DNA of 63,634 bases, from contig FR898229.1 in the NCBI GenBank assembly GCA_000437375.1, forward strand, positions 45,697 to 109,330, given 5' to 3'. A model generated the notes under the pieces. The model had not been told where the DNA came from. It saw nothing but the letters and a program-made list of their open reading frames with translations, and did not search any database. Positions 25,147 through 33,101 of this stretch are shown here, piece after piece. Every line of letters begins with the position of its first letter. The first letter of the stretch is position 1. This DNA is from Eubacterium sp. CAG:841. Its GTDB lineage: Bacteria > Bacillota > Clostridia > Oscillospirales > CAG-272. Made by a program: the position numbers and the translations under genes.

Positions 25147-28100
25147 ATGGGCGAAATCAACTGGACGCCGTCGCAAAGAAAAGCAATAGACGCAAGCGGT
25201 ATTTCTCTTGCAGTAAGCGCCGCCGCAGGAAGCGGAAAAACCTCCGTTCTTACAAGGCGCATAACCGAGCGCGTATGCTCGGGAACTGCTGACGTTTCGC
25301 GGCTGCTCGTTGTAACGTTCACACGCGCCGCGCTGCTCGTGGTAACGTTCACACGCGCCGCCGCAGCCGAGCTTGTAACGAGAATAGAAAAAGCACTCAG
25401 CGAAGAAAGCGTTAAAAATCCTTCGGACAAACGACTCATTCGTCAGATGCTTCTTCTTCCCTCCGCAAAAATAAGCACGATAGACGGTTTTTGTCTTGAC
25501 CTTATCCGCGAAAACTTTCAGGATACAGGTATATCGGGGTTCGGCGTGCTTGACGCAGACGCCGAAAAAATAATGAAGCTCGATATAGCGGACGAGCTTA
25601 TTTCCGATTATTATGACGGAAACGTTTCAAAAGAAAACGAAATTTCGGATTTCCCGAAATTTTCGGATACACTCGGTTCTCCGTCATCCGACAATGCCCT
25701 CGCACCCGTAACAGTAAAGCTTCACGATTTTTACTCCGGCTGCGTAAACAGAGAAAAAGCGATAAAGGATCCGCCCGAAAACGCAGAATTTCATCTTTCT
25801 TTCTGGGGAAAAGCCATATACGGCATTGCAAGCGAGCTTGCAAGACATTATATGAATTTTTTCGGTGCCGCGCTGAAAACCATCCGTGCAAGCGAAGGCG
25901 CTTCGGGTTGGGAAGCCGCATTTGAAGCCGACTATGACCTGTGCAGGGTGCTTTATAACAAACTTTTTTTGGGCGCGCCATACGAAGATATAAGAGAATA
26001 TCTTTCTGATTTTGAATCGCGCTCCGTAAAATGCGGGCAGGTAAAGTCGCAGTTCAAAACTCCGGAGCTTGAATATTTCAAAAATATCCGCGACAAAAAA
26101 TTCAAAAAAGAGCTTGCTGAGCTTCGCAAAAACTTTTTCTCCTGCACCGGCGACATGCTGAAAAAGGCACTCTCGGAAACGGAAAGCCTCCAAAATGACC
26201 TTATAAAATTTTTCAGAGAATACGACCGTCGCCTTTCCGACGAAAAAAAGCGGCGACACATGCTCGGCTTTTCGGACATTGAACGTATTGCGCTCGATTT
26301 GCTGTATGATTCAGACAACGACTGTCCCACAGCGGCAGCAAAGGAAATATCGTCGCGATTCGACGAGGTTTACATAGATGAATATCAGGACACAAACGAG
26401 CTTCAGAACAAGATATTTACGCTTATCGCAAGAGAGGACAATCTTTTCACCGTAGGAGACATAAAACAAAGCATTTACGATTTTCGCGGCGCCGAGCCTT
26501 CGATATTCACCGCACAGCTTGACAGCCGAAAAAAATACGGAGAGCAAAACGGCGACAAAGCCGCAAAGTTTTTCCTTTCGGAAAATTTCCGTTCGGCAGA
26601 TAAAGTAATCAACCTTACAAACGCCGTTTTTTCGACAATTATGAATACGGACGGAAAAATCTCATACGGCGATGACGAAAAGCTTGTCTGCGGAAAAACA
26701 GAATTGATATCTCCCCTTCCCGAAATGCACATAGTATGTAAATCCGATGAAAACCCCTCGCTTACCGAAGCCGCCGTCGCAGCCGAAAAAATATCTGCGC
26801 TTATTTCATCGGGAGAAGTGAAAGCAGGCGATATCGCCGTGCTTATGCCTACGGGAGCATACGCTTCCGACATAGCCGCCGAGCTTGAAAAACGCGGCGT
26901 GCCTTGTCGCAACGGAACGGCAAAGGAATTTTTTCAAAGCCCCGAAGTGCTTCTTGCGCTCTCGCTTCTCAATACAATAGACAATCCGTCGCGCGATGTT
27001 TATCTCGCCGCAACGCTTAAAAGTCCGCTCTACGGTGTGACGCTTGACGAGCTGATATACATAAGGCGCTGCAAAAAAACAGGCTCGCTTTACTCCGCAC
27101 TGAAAGCATTTACGGAAAAAACGGGCTTTGCAAAAGGAAAAAGATTTCTGTCCGACCACGAGCAGTTCCGCAGTCGCGCCAAAATATGCACCTGCGGAGA
27201 GCTTGTCCGCGAAGTATATTCAAAGACAAAGATAACGGCGCTGTGCGGAGGCGACAAAACAGGCGTAAATACAAACCTACGCCGCCTTTACGATTATGCG
27301 CGCAGTTTTGAGAGCGGAGGAAGTCGCGGACTTTATACATTCATCTCGTTCATCGACGAGCTTATAGACACCGACTCAAAGGTCGATATGTCGGGCTTCG
27401 GCGGAGGAGCCGACGCCGTAAGAATAATGACGGTTCACGGCTCAAAAGGTCTTGAATTCGATACTGTGTTTTTCTGCGATACATCACGTGGCTTCAACCG
27501 CGATTCCGCAAAAGACAATGCCGTAGCCGTTCGCGGAATGCCGCTCGCGCCGAGAATATATGAAAACGCCAAGCGAATCGAAACTCCGATGCGCCGCGCG
27601 GCGACGGAAATTCAGTCCTCGCGCCAAAGCGAAGAAAAATGCAGACTGCTTTACGTTGCGCTCACCCGCGCCAAGCGACGTCTTGTGATAACAGGCAGCT
27701 GCGATGAAAAAAATGCAAAAAAATACGACTTCACGGATCCTTCCTCCGAATGTAGCCTGCGCAGGAGCATTTTCTCAGCATATGCTAGAAAAAAATGCAA
27801 ATCTATGCTCGATCTTATCTGCACAGGACTTTCGGAATGTCCCGAGCTTTGTTCAATTGACTTTATGACAGAGCTTGACACAACGGAAAAACCGCAGACA
27901 AAGACAGAAGAGAAAAACTCCGGTACATATGCCGAAGGACGCTATCTCGCCGAAAAAAGACTTGATTTTGTCTATCCGCACGAGCTTCTGAGCAGAATAC
28001 CTTCAAAGCTTTCGGTTTCAAAGCTGTTTCCGGACGTGCTTGACGAGAAAGACGACTCGGCGAAGACAGATGCTTTACCTGCTCCGTCCGAGCCGATTGT

Positions 28101-28668
28101 TCCCGTGTTTATAGCGGGCGAAAGTGACAGCGGTGCTTCACGCGGAACGGCGATGCATACGTTTATGCAGTTCTTTGATTTCGGCTATGTCGATAAATTC
28201 GGCGTAAAAGCGGAAATAAAGCGACTTGCCGAAAACAAATTCCTGTTTTCCGGCGACAGCGAAAAGCTGAACGTGCGAAAGCTGGAAAGGTTCTTTGCCT
28301 CGCCTTTGGCAGCTCTTATGCGCGACGCCGAAACACTTTACAGAGAAAAACGGTTTATAATCTTCTATCCTGCCGAAAGCTTTTCGGAGGATGAAAAGAC
28401 TAAAGAGGCACTTAAAGGCGAACGTCTTATGGTTCAGGGCGTTATCGACTGCGCGGCTAAAACCAAAAACGGCGAACTGATACTTATAGACTATAAAACC
28501 GATTTCTTCCCCGATGAAACAGGCGAGGATGAAATAAAAAAAATACTCGCAGAGCGTCACAGCCGCCAACTCGGCTATTACAAATATGCCTGCCGGGAGC
28601 TTTTCGGAAAAAGTCCTGACCACACATATATATACTCTTTTGCGCTCGACGGAACGGTCGAGATATGA
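25147..28668 (+). CDS. addA: ATP-dependent helicase/nuclease AddA (UvrD-like helicase + PD-(D/E)xK nuclease)
   Basis: Walker A is 'AAAGSGKTSVL'. Motif Ia is 'VVTFTRAAA'. 'YIDEYQDTN' is present, along with a C-terminal nuclease 'QGVIDCA...LIDYKTD'. Confidence 0.85.
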   Translation: MGEINWTPSQRKAIDASGISLAVSAAAGSGKTSVLTRRITERVCSGTADVSRLLVVTFTRAALLVVTFTRAAAAELVTRIEKALSEESVKNPSDKRLIRQMLLLPSAKISTIDGFCLDLIRENFQDTGISGFGVLDADAEKIMKLDIADELISDYYDGNVSKENEISDFPKFSDTLGSPSSDNALAPVTVKLHDFYSGCVNREKAIKDPPENAEFHLSFWGKAIYGIASELARHYMNFFGAALKTIRASEGASGWEAAFEADYDLCRVLYNKLFLGAPYEDIREYLSDFESRSVKCGQVKSQFKTPELEYFKNIRDKKFKKELAELRKNFFSCTGDMLKKALSETESLQNDLIKFFREYDRRLSDEKKRRHMLGFSDIERIALDLLYDSDNDCPTAAAKEISSRFDEVYIDEYQDTNELQNKIFTLIAREDNLFTVGDIKQSIYDFRGAEPSIFTAQLDSRKKYGEQNGDKAAKFFLSENFRSADKVINLTNAVFSTIMNTDGKISYGDDEKLVCGKTELISPLPEMHIVCKSDENPSLTEAAVAAEKISALISSGEVKAGDIAVLMPTGAYASDIAAELEKRGVPCRNGTAKEFFQSPEVLLALSLLNTIDNPSRDVYLAATLKSPLYGVTLDELIYIRRCKKTGSLYSALKAFTEKTGFAKGKRFLSDHEQFRSRAKICTCGELVREVYSKTKITALCGGDKTGVNTNLRRLYDYARSFESGGSRGLYTFISFIDELIDTDSKVDMSGFGGGADAVRIMTVHGSKGLEFDTVFFCDTSRGFNRDSAKDNAVAVRGMPLAPRIYENAKRIETPMRRAATEIQSSRQSEEKCRLLYVALTRAKRRLVITGSCDEKNAKKYDFTDPSSECSLRRSIFSAYARKKCKSMLDLICTGLSECPELCSIDFMTELDTTEKPQTKTEEKNSGTYAEGRYLAEKRLDFVYPHELLSRIPSKLSVSKLFPDVLDEKDDSAKTDALPAPSEPIVPVFIAGESDSGASRGTAMHTFMQFFDFGYVDKFGVKAEIKRLAENKFLFSGDSEKLNVRKLERFFASPLAALMRDAETLYREKRFIIFYPAESFSEDEKTKEALKGERLMVQGVIDCAAKTKNGELILIDYKTDFFPDETGEDEIKKILAERHSRQLGYYKYACRELFGKSPDHTYIYSFALDGTVEI
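25302..25361 (+). repeat. 30-bp x2 in-frame tandem duplication inside addA
   Basis: GCTGCTCGT(T/G)GTAACGTTCACACGCGCCGC occurs twice with 1 mismatch. It encodes LLVVTFTRAA twice. Confidence 0.95.
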
Positions 28669-29201
28669 AAGGAAACAAAATGAAAAAAGAAAAGAAATTC
28701 AATGTTGCATATCTTACGGCGCTTGTTCCGCTGGCATCGACAGTAATCTATATTGCATTGCTTATGCTGCCGGACAAGTTCATAAAGCTCGGCTCGATAG
28801 CGATATGGAATCCGATAGGTCAGCAAAACGTAAGCGAGCTTTCCCTGCTCAGCGTCCTTATAGTTGCCGGCGCAATATATGCGTGGGGAGCATGCGGCGC
28901 ATTCGCCGCAAAACATCGCGCAGGGATGCTCAGCGCAACGCTTGTAGCCCACATAATACCTATAATATCGCTTGCAGCATATACCGTACTCAAGCTTATC
29001 GCCGCTTTCGGCGGAGGAAGCTCGGCGGGAGACACAGCCGATGTATTTGCGCTAGGCTTCGGCGTATTCAACATAGTCGGCAGTGTTATTTATCAGATAG
29101 TGGCTGTAAACGTTGTGGAAGTGCTTGTTGACACCGCCGTAATGGCAGGAACATTTGTAATAGGTTACTCAATAGGAACAGAAAAAAAGAAAAATAAATA
29201 A
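28665..29201 (+). CDS. Hypothetical membrane protein
   Basis: 178 aa with 5 hydrophobic segments. The start overlaps the addA stop (ATGA). Confidence 0.6.
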   Translation: MKGNKMKKEKKFNVAYLTALVPLASTVIYIALLMLPDKFIKLGSIAIWNPIGQQNVSELSLLSVLIVAGAIYAWGACGAFAAKHRAGMLSATLVAHIIPIISLAAYTVLKLIAAFGGGSSAGDTADVFALGFGVFNIVGSVIYQIVAVNVVEVLVDTAVMAGTFVIGYSIGTEKKKNK

Positions 29202-29321
29202 TCCGGCACGTTTCGACAATATCCTCATAGAATAATATCAGACGGGGGAAATACTTAAAGCAACCTGTCTCACAGGATTATTATTCATATTTGCCGCAAA
29301 GCGGCGAAGGGAGGATATTTT

Positions 29322-29417
29322 ATGAACAACTGTCTTTGCAATCTTTTTGATGGCAACAACACCTGTCTGTGGGTTATTGTAATAGCTTGCGTAGTTCTTT
29401 GCTGCTGCAACAGATGA
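29322..29417 (+). CDS. 31-aa Cys-rich hydrophobic peptide (MNNCLCNLFDGNNTCLWVIVIACVVLCCCNR)
   Basis: It is absent from the ORF track because it is under 60 aa. A GGGAGGA RBS lies 7 nt upstream of the ATG. A stem-loop + T-run terminator follows 13 nt after the stop. Confidence 0.55.
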   Translation: MNNCLCNLFDGNNTCLWVIVIACVVLCCCNR

Positions 29418-29429
29418 CGGGATAAATTA

Positions 29430-29457
29430 CGATCCCCGCGCAAGCGGGGGTCGTTTT
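29430..29457 (+). terminator. Rho-independent terminator after the small ORF
   Basis: Stem CGATCCCCGC/GCGGGGGTCG followed by TTTT. Confidence 0.65.
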
Positions 29458-29518
29458 GCATATCGGCTTTGCCGAAGAAAAAATAAAAAAGATGTATAAA
29501 AACAAGGAGGAATACCAC

Positions 29519-29773
29519 ATGTCAGAGCAGACTCTTGATCCTAAGATTTTAGGCGAAGTAATTTCCGAGTATCGGAAAAAGAAGAATATGTCAATGGAAG
29601 TTCTGAGCGGCTTTGCCGTAGTAGGCAGAGCGCAGATAGTCCAGATAGAACGCGGGCTGAGAACGCCCTCAAAGGCAACTTTGAGAAACATCTGCTCCGC
29701 GCTTGACGTAAAAATGAGCGTTTTGACCGAAGAGGTCGAGCGCCGTATGAACGAAAACAAATCGGAGCAATGA
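29519..29773 (+). CDS. XRE-family HTH regulator
   Basis: The ATG at 29519 follows AAGGAGG. 'MEVLSGFAVVGRAQIVQIERGLRTPS' is an HTH_3-type motif. Confidence 0.75.
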   Translation: MSEQTLDPKILGEVISEYRKKKNMSMEVLSGFAVVGRAQIVQIERGLRTPSKATLRNICSALDVKMSVLTEEVERRMNENKSEQ

Positions 29774-29783
29774 TTATTTAAAC

Positions 29784-29828
29784 AAAACGGCAAAAGCGAA
29801 AAACGCTTTTGCCGTTTTGTTTTTATTT
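29784..29828. terminator. Bidirectional rho-independent terminator
   Basis: 15-bp stem AAAACGGCAAAAGCG/CGCTTTTGCCGTTTT with T-rich flanks, between convergent genes. Confidence 0.8.
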
Positions 29829-29835
29829 TCCGTAC

Positions 29836-30162
29836 TTAAATTTTTTCAAATTCGTCCACCGAAAGCGTGAACATTACAGCACCGCCTATCGTCACTTTTT
29901 CCTCAACGGAGTGATTGAGCATACTGCGTCCGAGCGCTTCGATCGAAGGATTCATCTTTTCGCGCGTTACACAGTATTTTTTCAGTATTTCCTTAAGCTC
30001 CGGCAGGCGTTCTTTTTCCGTGCCTATGAGAAGAGTTGTGTTTCCGACCATAAGAAAGCCTCCGGTTGTTGAAAGCTGCGTTACAAAAAAGTCTCTTCCC
30101 GTCAGTGCCGTTATAACCGTTCTGCTGTCGTCGTTGTTGATCACCGCAATTACAAGTTTCAT
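29836..30162 (-). CDS. darA: PII-like cyclic-di-AMP receptor (DarA/YaaQ family)
   Basis: 'MKLVIAVINNDDS...VTQLSTTGGFLMVGNTTLLIG...GGAVMFTLSVDEFEKI' is collinear with my recollection of B. subtilis DarA. Confidence 0.8.
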   Translation of the reverse strand: MKLVIAVINNDDSRTVITALTGRDFFVTQLSTTGGFLMVGNTTLLIGTEKERLPELKEILKKYCVTREKMNPSIEALGRSMLNHSVEEKVTIGGAVMFTLSVDEFEKI

Positions 30163-30172
30163 TGTTTTCCTC

Positions 30173-30661
30173 CTACATATCAAATTTCAAAAGATTCAGG
30201 CTGTCCTTGTCAAGCTTATGCACATCCTCTATCTCATAACGGTTGTCGTTTGAGTCGCGGACAAGTATTCGCCCGTCATACAGCGTTTTTATGTCTATGC
30301 TTGTGTTGAGTATCGAAAAACTGTGCCTGCCTCTGTCAGTATCCACAGTCCACGTTATGTTGCCGTACTTTTCCACTCTGGAAAGTATCTTCTTTATCTT
30401 CGGAACGATATAATACGATTCAAGACACTTTCTTACCGCTTCTGCGGAATCGGGCATAAGATGGTCAAGATCGCGTATTATCGCAACTTCTTTTCCGTTT
30501 TCATCTGTAAGAGATATGTATTTTGTAATGCCGGACACAGGAAAAAGTCTTATAGGCTCAAGATTTTCAAAGCATCTTCCGTCATACATTTCAAGTCTGA
30601 CGGTAGTATTTGCGGTTCTTGTTATGCGGGCTTCATCGCCGCTTATAAAAAATCCTATCAT
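30173..30661 (-). CDS. DUF1854-like protein (ABC-transporter associated)
   Basis: The ATG at 30661 follows GGAGGAGG. The family assignment comes from recollection of ABC-adjacent DUF1854 proteins and is tentative. Confidence 0.5.
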   Translation of the reverse strand: MIGFFISGDEARITRTANTTVRLEMYDGRCFENLEPIRLFPVSGITKYISLTDENGKEVAIIRDLDHLMPDSAEAVRKCLESYYIVPKIKKILSRVEKYGNITWTVDTDRGRHSFSILNTSIDIKTLYDGRILVRDSNDNRYEIEDVHKLDKDSLNLLKFDM

Positions 30662-30677
30662 CTTTATCCTCCTCCCG

Positions 30678-32948
30678 TCAATCAAAATGTTCTCTTTCCT
30701 TATCCAGCTTTACGCTCTCCGCCATAGACTGGATCTTTACAAGCTTATAATACTTGCCTTTCTTCGCCATAAGCTCGTCCGGCGTGCCGAATTCAAGTAT
30801 GCGACCTTTATCTATAACAACTATCTTGTCCGCCTGTTTAAGCGTGGAAAGCCTGTGAGCTATCATAAGCGTTGTTCTGCCTTTTACAAGGTTGTTTATC
30901 GCGTCCTGAATAAGCTTTTCCGTTTCCGAGTCCACAGCACTTGTCGCCTCGTCAAAAATAAGCACGCTGGGATTGTTGAGAATCGCTCTTGCAATCGATA
31001 TTCTCTGCCTTTCGCCGCCGGAAAGTCCCACGCCGCGCTCACCGAGCACCGTATCATATGCGTCCGGATGGCGAAGTATAAACTCGTGCGCGTTTGCTAT
31101 ATCGGCAGCCTTAAGCACTTCTTCTATGCCTGCGTTCGGTTTACCATACGCTATGTTGTTGAATATAGTGTCGGAAAACATCATCGCTTCCTGCTGAACA
31201 TATCCTATCTTCGAGCGGAACCAGCTCATATCGATTGATTTTATGTCTTTTCCGTCGAGCAGTATCTGTCCGTCGTAGTTATCATAAAACCGCATGAAAA
31301 GATTTATAAGCGTTGTTTTACCCGAACCCGTTGTTCCGACAATACCGACCGCCTCTCCCGGCTCTATGGTAAGATTTATATCGGAAAGCACGTTTTTTGT
31401 TTTATCGAAAGAAAAGCTTACATGGCGGAATTCGACCTTGCCGTTTATGCGCTCCGGCATATTGCCCTTACCGTCGTCATGCTCAGGTTCGGCATCGAGA
31501 ATATCCATAACTCTCTCAGCTGACGTAAGTGCGCTCTGGTACGAATCGTTGAGTCCCGCAAAGAAGTTTACAGGCCCATAAAACATTGAAGTATACGATA
31601 TGAACGACACAAGCAAACCGAGCGATATTCCGCTTTTGCCTTCAATAACTTCAAGTCCGCCGACATTCCATATTATAAGCGAACCGCAAACAACGACAAA
31701 AGACACCGCCGATGTGAAAATGCTTGACATTTTTCCTGCGCGGACGCTGACCTTAAGCCATTCGCGGTTTTGTTTTTCAAGCCTTTTTGAAGCGCGTTTT
31801 TCTCCCGAAAACGATTTTACAACTCTGATACACGGTATTGAATCCGTGAGAACAGAGGAGACAGCCGTCCATTTACGCCATATGCGGCGATAAAACGGAC
31901 GTATCTTTCTTCCGAACTTTTTTGACGCATATACCACAAACGGCACAGGAATAAGCGAAAGAAGCGAAAGCTTCCAATTCATCGTTATCATTATTATAAT
32001 AATACCCACAAGCAAGAACAGCTGAGTAATCACTTCCTGCGTAATACGGAGTATAAACGACTGAAGATTGCTTGTATCGTTGCTTATACGGTTTATTACA
32101 GAGCCTGTTGAGGTCTTATCGTAAAACTTCATCGGAAGGTGCTGCGCCTTTTCAAAAACATCATTTCGCAGATCGGCAACTATGCTGTCGCCCGCACGGC
32201 GCAGGAGCGCCCCTCTGATGGCGCCTATCAGATATTGCATAAGATACGTTCCGAACAGGAACGCAACTATAATATACAGCATCTTTTTATTTTTATTCGG
32301 AATAATGTCGTCAACCAGCATTTTTGTTACATAAGGCGGTACAAGACTAAGCGCCGTTATAACGACAGACATTATTACCGAAAGAATTATCGGTTTTATT
32401 TCGGGCTTTACATACTTTGCGAGCTTTGATACAAGCCTTCCCTTTGACGCACAGTTAAGACAGTCCGCGCCCGGACGGACAAGCTTCCTTCCGCATTTGG
32501 GACAAACGGTACAAAAACTGCGATAAGCTGTTTCAACGCCTTCAACGGCTTCGTCTATCGGTGTGCCGGCTATAATTTTATCGGCAAAAAGCACCGCCGC
32601 ATTGAAAAGCGCCGTAACCGCATATGTAGCTCTTACAAGCTCTGCTTTTTTTCCGCTCTTCATTATCGCAAGCAGGAATGCGTTTCCGTACATGCGTTTT
32701 ATCGAAAGTCCGTCAATTTCATCATATGAAACGGACAACGATTCGACTTCACCGCTTTCGCCGTGATATACTGCCGTTATCTTTTTGTCGGTAAATTCGA
32801 CCACCGAATCCCCGTAGTTTCCGTCGGGAGAAAGATCGGTTACAATTCTGAAAAGCTCGCGTTCCCCTTCCGAAAGCTTCGCCTGAAGCGTTTTCAGAAG
32901 TTTTTCATCGCTTGGTTTTTTATTTTCCAACGGTAAGATAAAATCCAT
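30678..32948 (-). CDS. ABC exporter (fused TMD-NBD) with an ~190-aa N-terminal extension containing a Zn-ribbon
   Basis: Walker A is 'GTTGSGKTT', the signature is 'LSGGERQR' and Walker B is 'LIFDEATS'. It has 6 TM segments. The N-terminal 'CPKCGRKL...CLNC' forms the Zn-ribbon. Confidence 0.85.
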   Translation of the reverse strand: MDFILPLENKKPSDEKLLKTLQAKLSEGERELFRIVTDLSPDGNYGDSVVEFTDKKITAVYHGESGEVESLSVSYDEIDGLSIKRMYGNAFLLAIMKSGKKAELVRATYAVTALFNAAVLFADKIIAGTPIDEAVEGVETAYRSFCTVCPKCGRKLVRPGADCLNCASKGRLVSKLAKYVKPEIKPIILSVIMSVVITALSLVPPYVTKMLVDDIIPNKNKKMLYIIVAFLFGTYLMQYLIGAIRGALLRRAGDSIVADLRNDVFEKAQHLPMKFYDKTSTGSVINRISNDTSNLQSFILRITQEVITQLFLLVGIIIIMITMNWKLSLLSLIPVPFVVYASKKFGRKIRPFYRRIWRKWTAVSSVLTDSIPCIRVVKSFSGEKRASKRLEKQNREWLKVSVRAGKMSSIFTSAVSFVVVCGSLIIWNVGGLEVIEGKSGISLGLLVSFISYTSMFYGPVNFFAGLNDSYQSALTSAERVMDILDAEPEHDDGKGNMPERINGKVEFRHVSFSFDKTKNVLSDINLTIEPGEAVGIVGTTGSGKTTLINLFMRFYDNYDGQILLDGKDIKSIDMSWFRSKIGYVQQEAMMFSDTIFNNIAYGKPNAGIEEVLKAADIANAHEFILRHPDAYDTVLGERGVGLSGGERQRISIARAILNNPSVLIFDEATSAVDSETEKLIQDAINNLVKGRTTLMIAHRLSTLKQADKIVVIDKGRILEFGTPDELMAKKGKYYKLVKIQSMAESVKLDKEREHFD

Positions 32949-33045
32949 ATAAGGTTCCTCTCTTTTTTGTTTCCGTTTTTAATAAAGTCACTGTATCATA
33001 TCACGGCAAAATCGCTTTGTCAACATCAAACGGGCTATTTTTGAA

Positions 33046-33092
33046 TATAAAAATGCTCCGGCAAATAATATTGCCGGAGCATTTTTTCTTTT
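33046..33092 (-). terminator. Rho-independent terminator after PFOR
   Basis: Stem ATGCTCCGGCAA/TTGCCGGAGCAT flanked by A/T runs. Confidence 0.75.
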
Positions 33093-33101
33093 TTTAACAG
33101 A

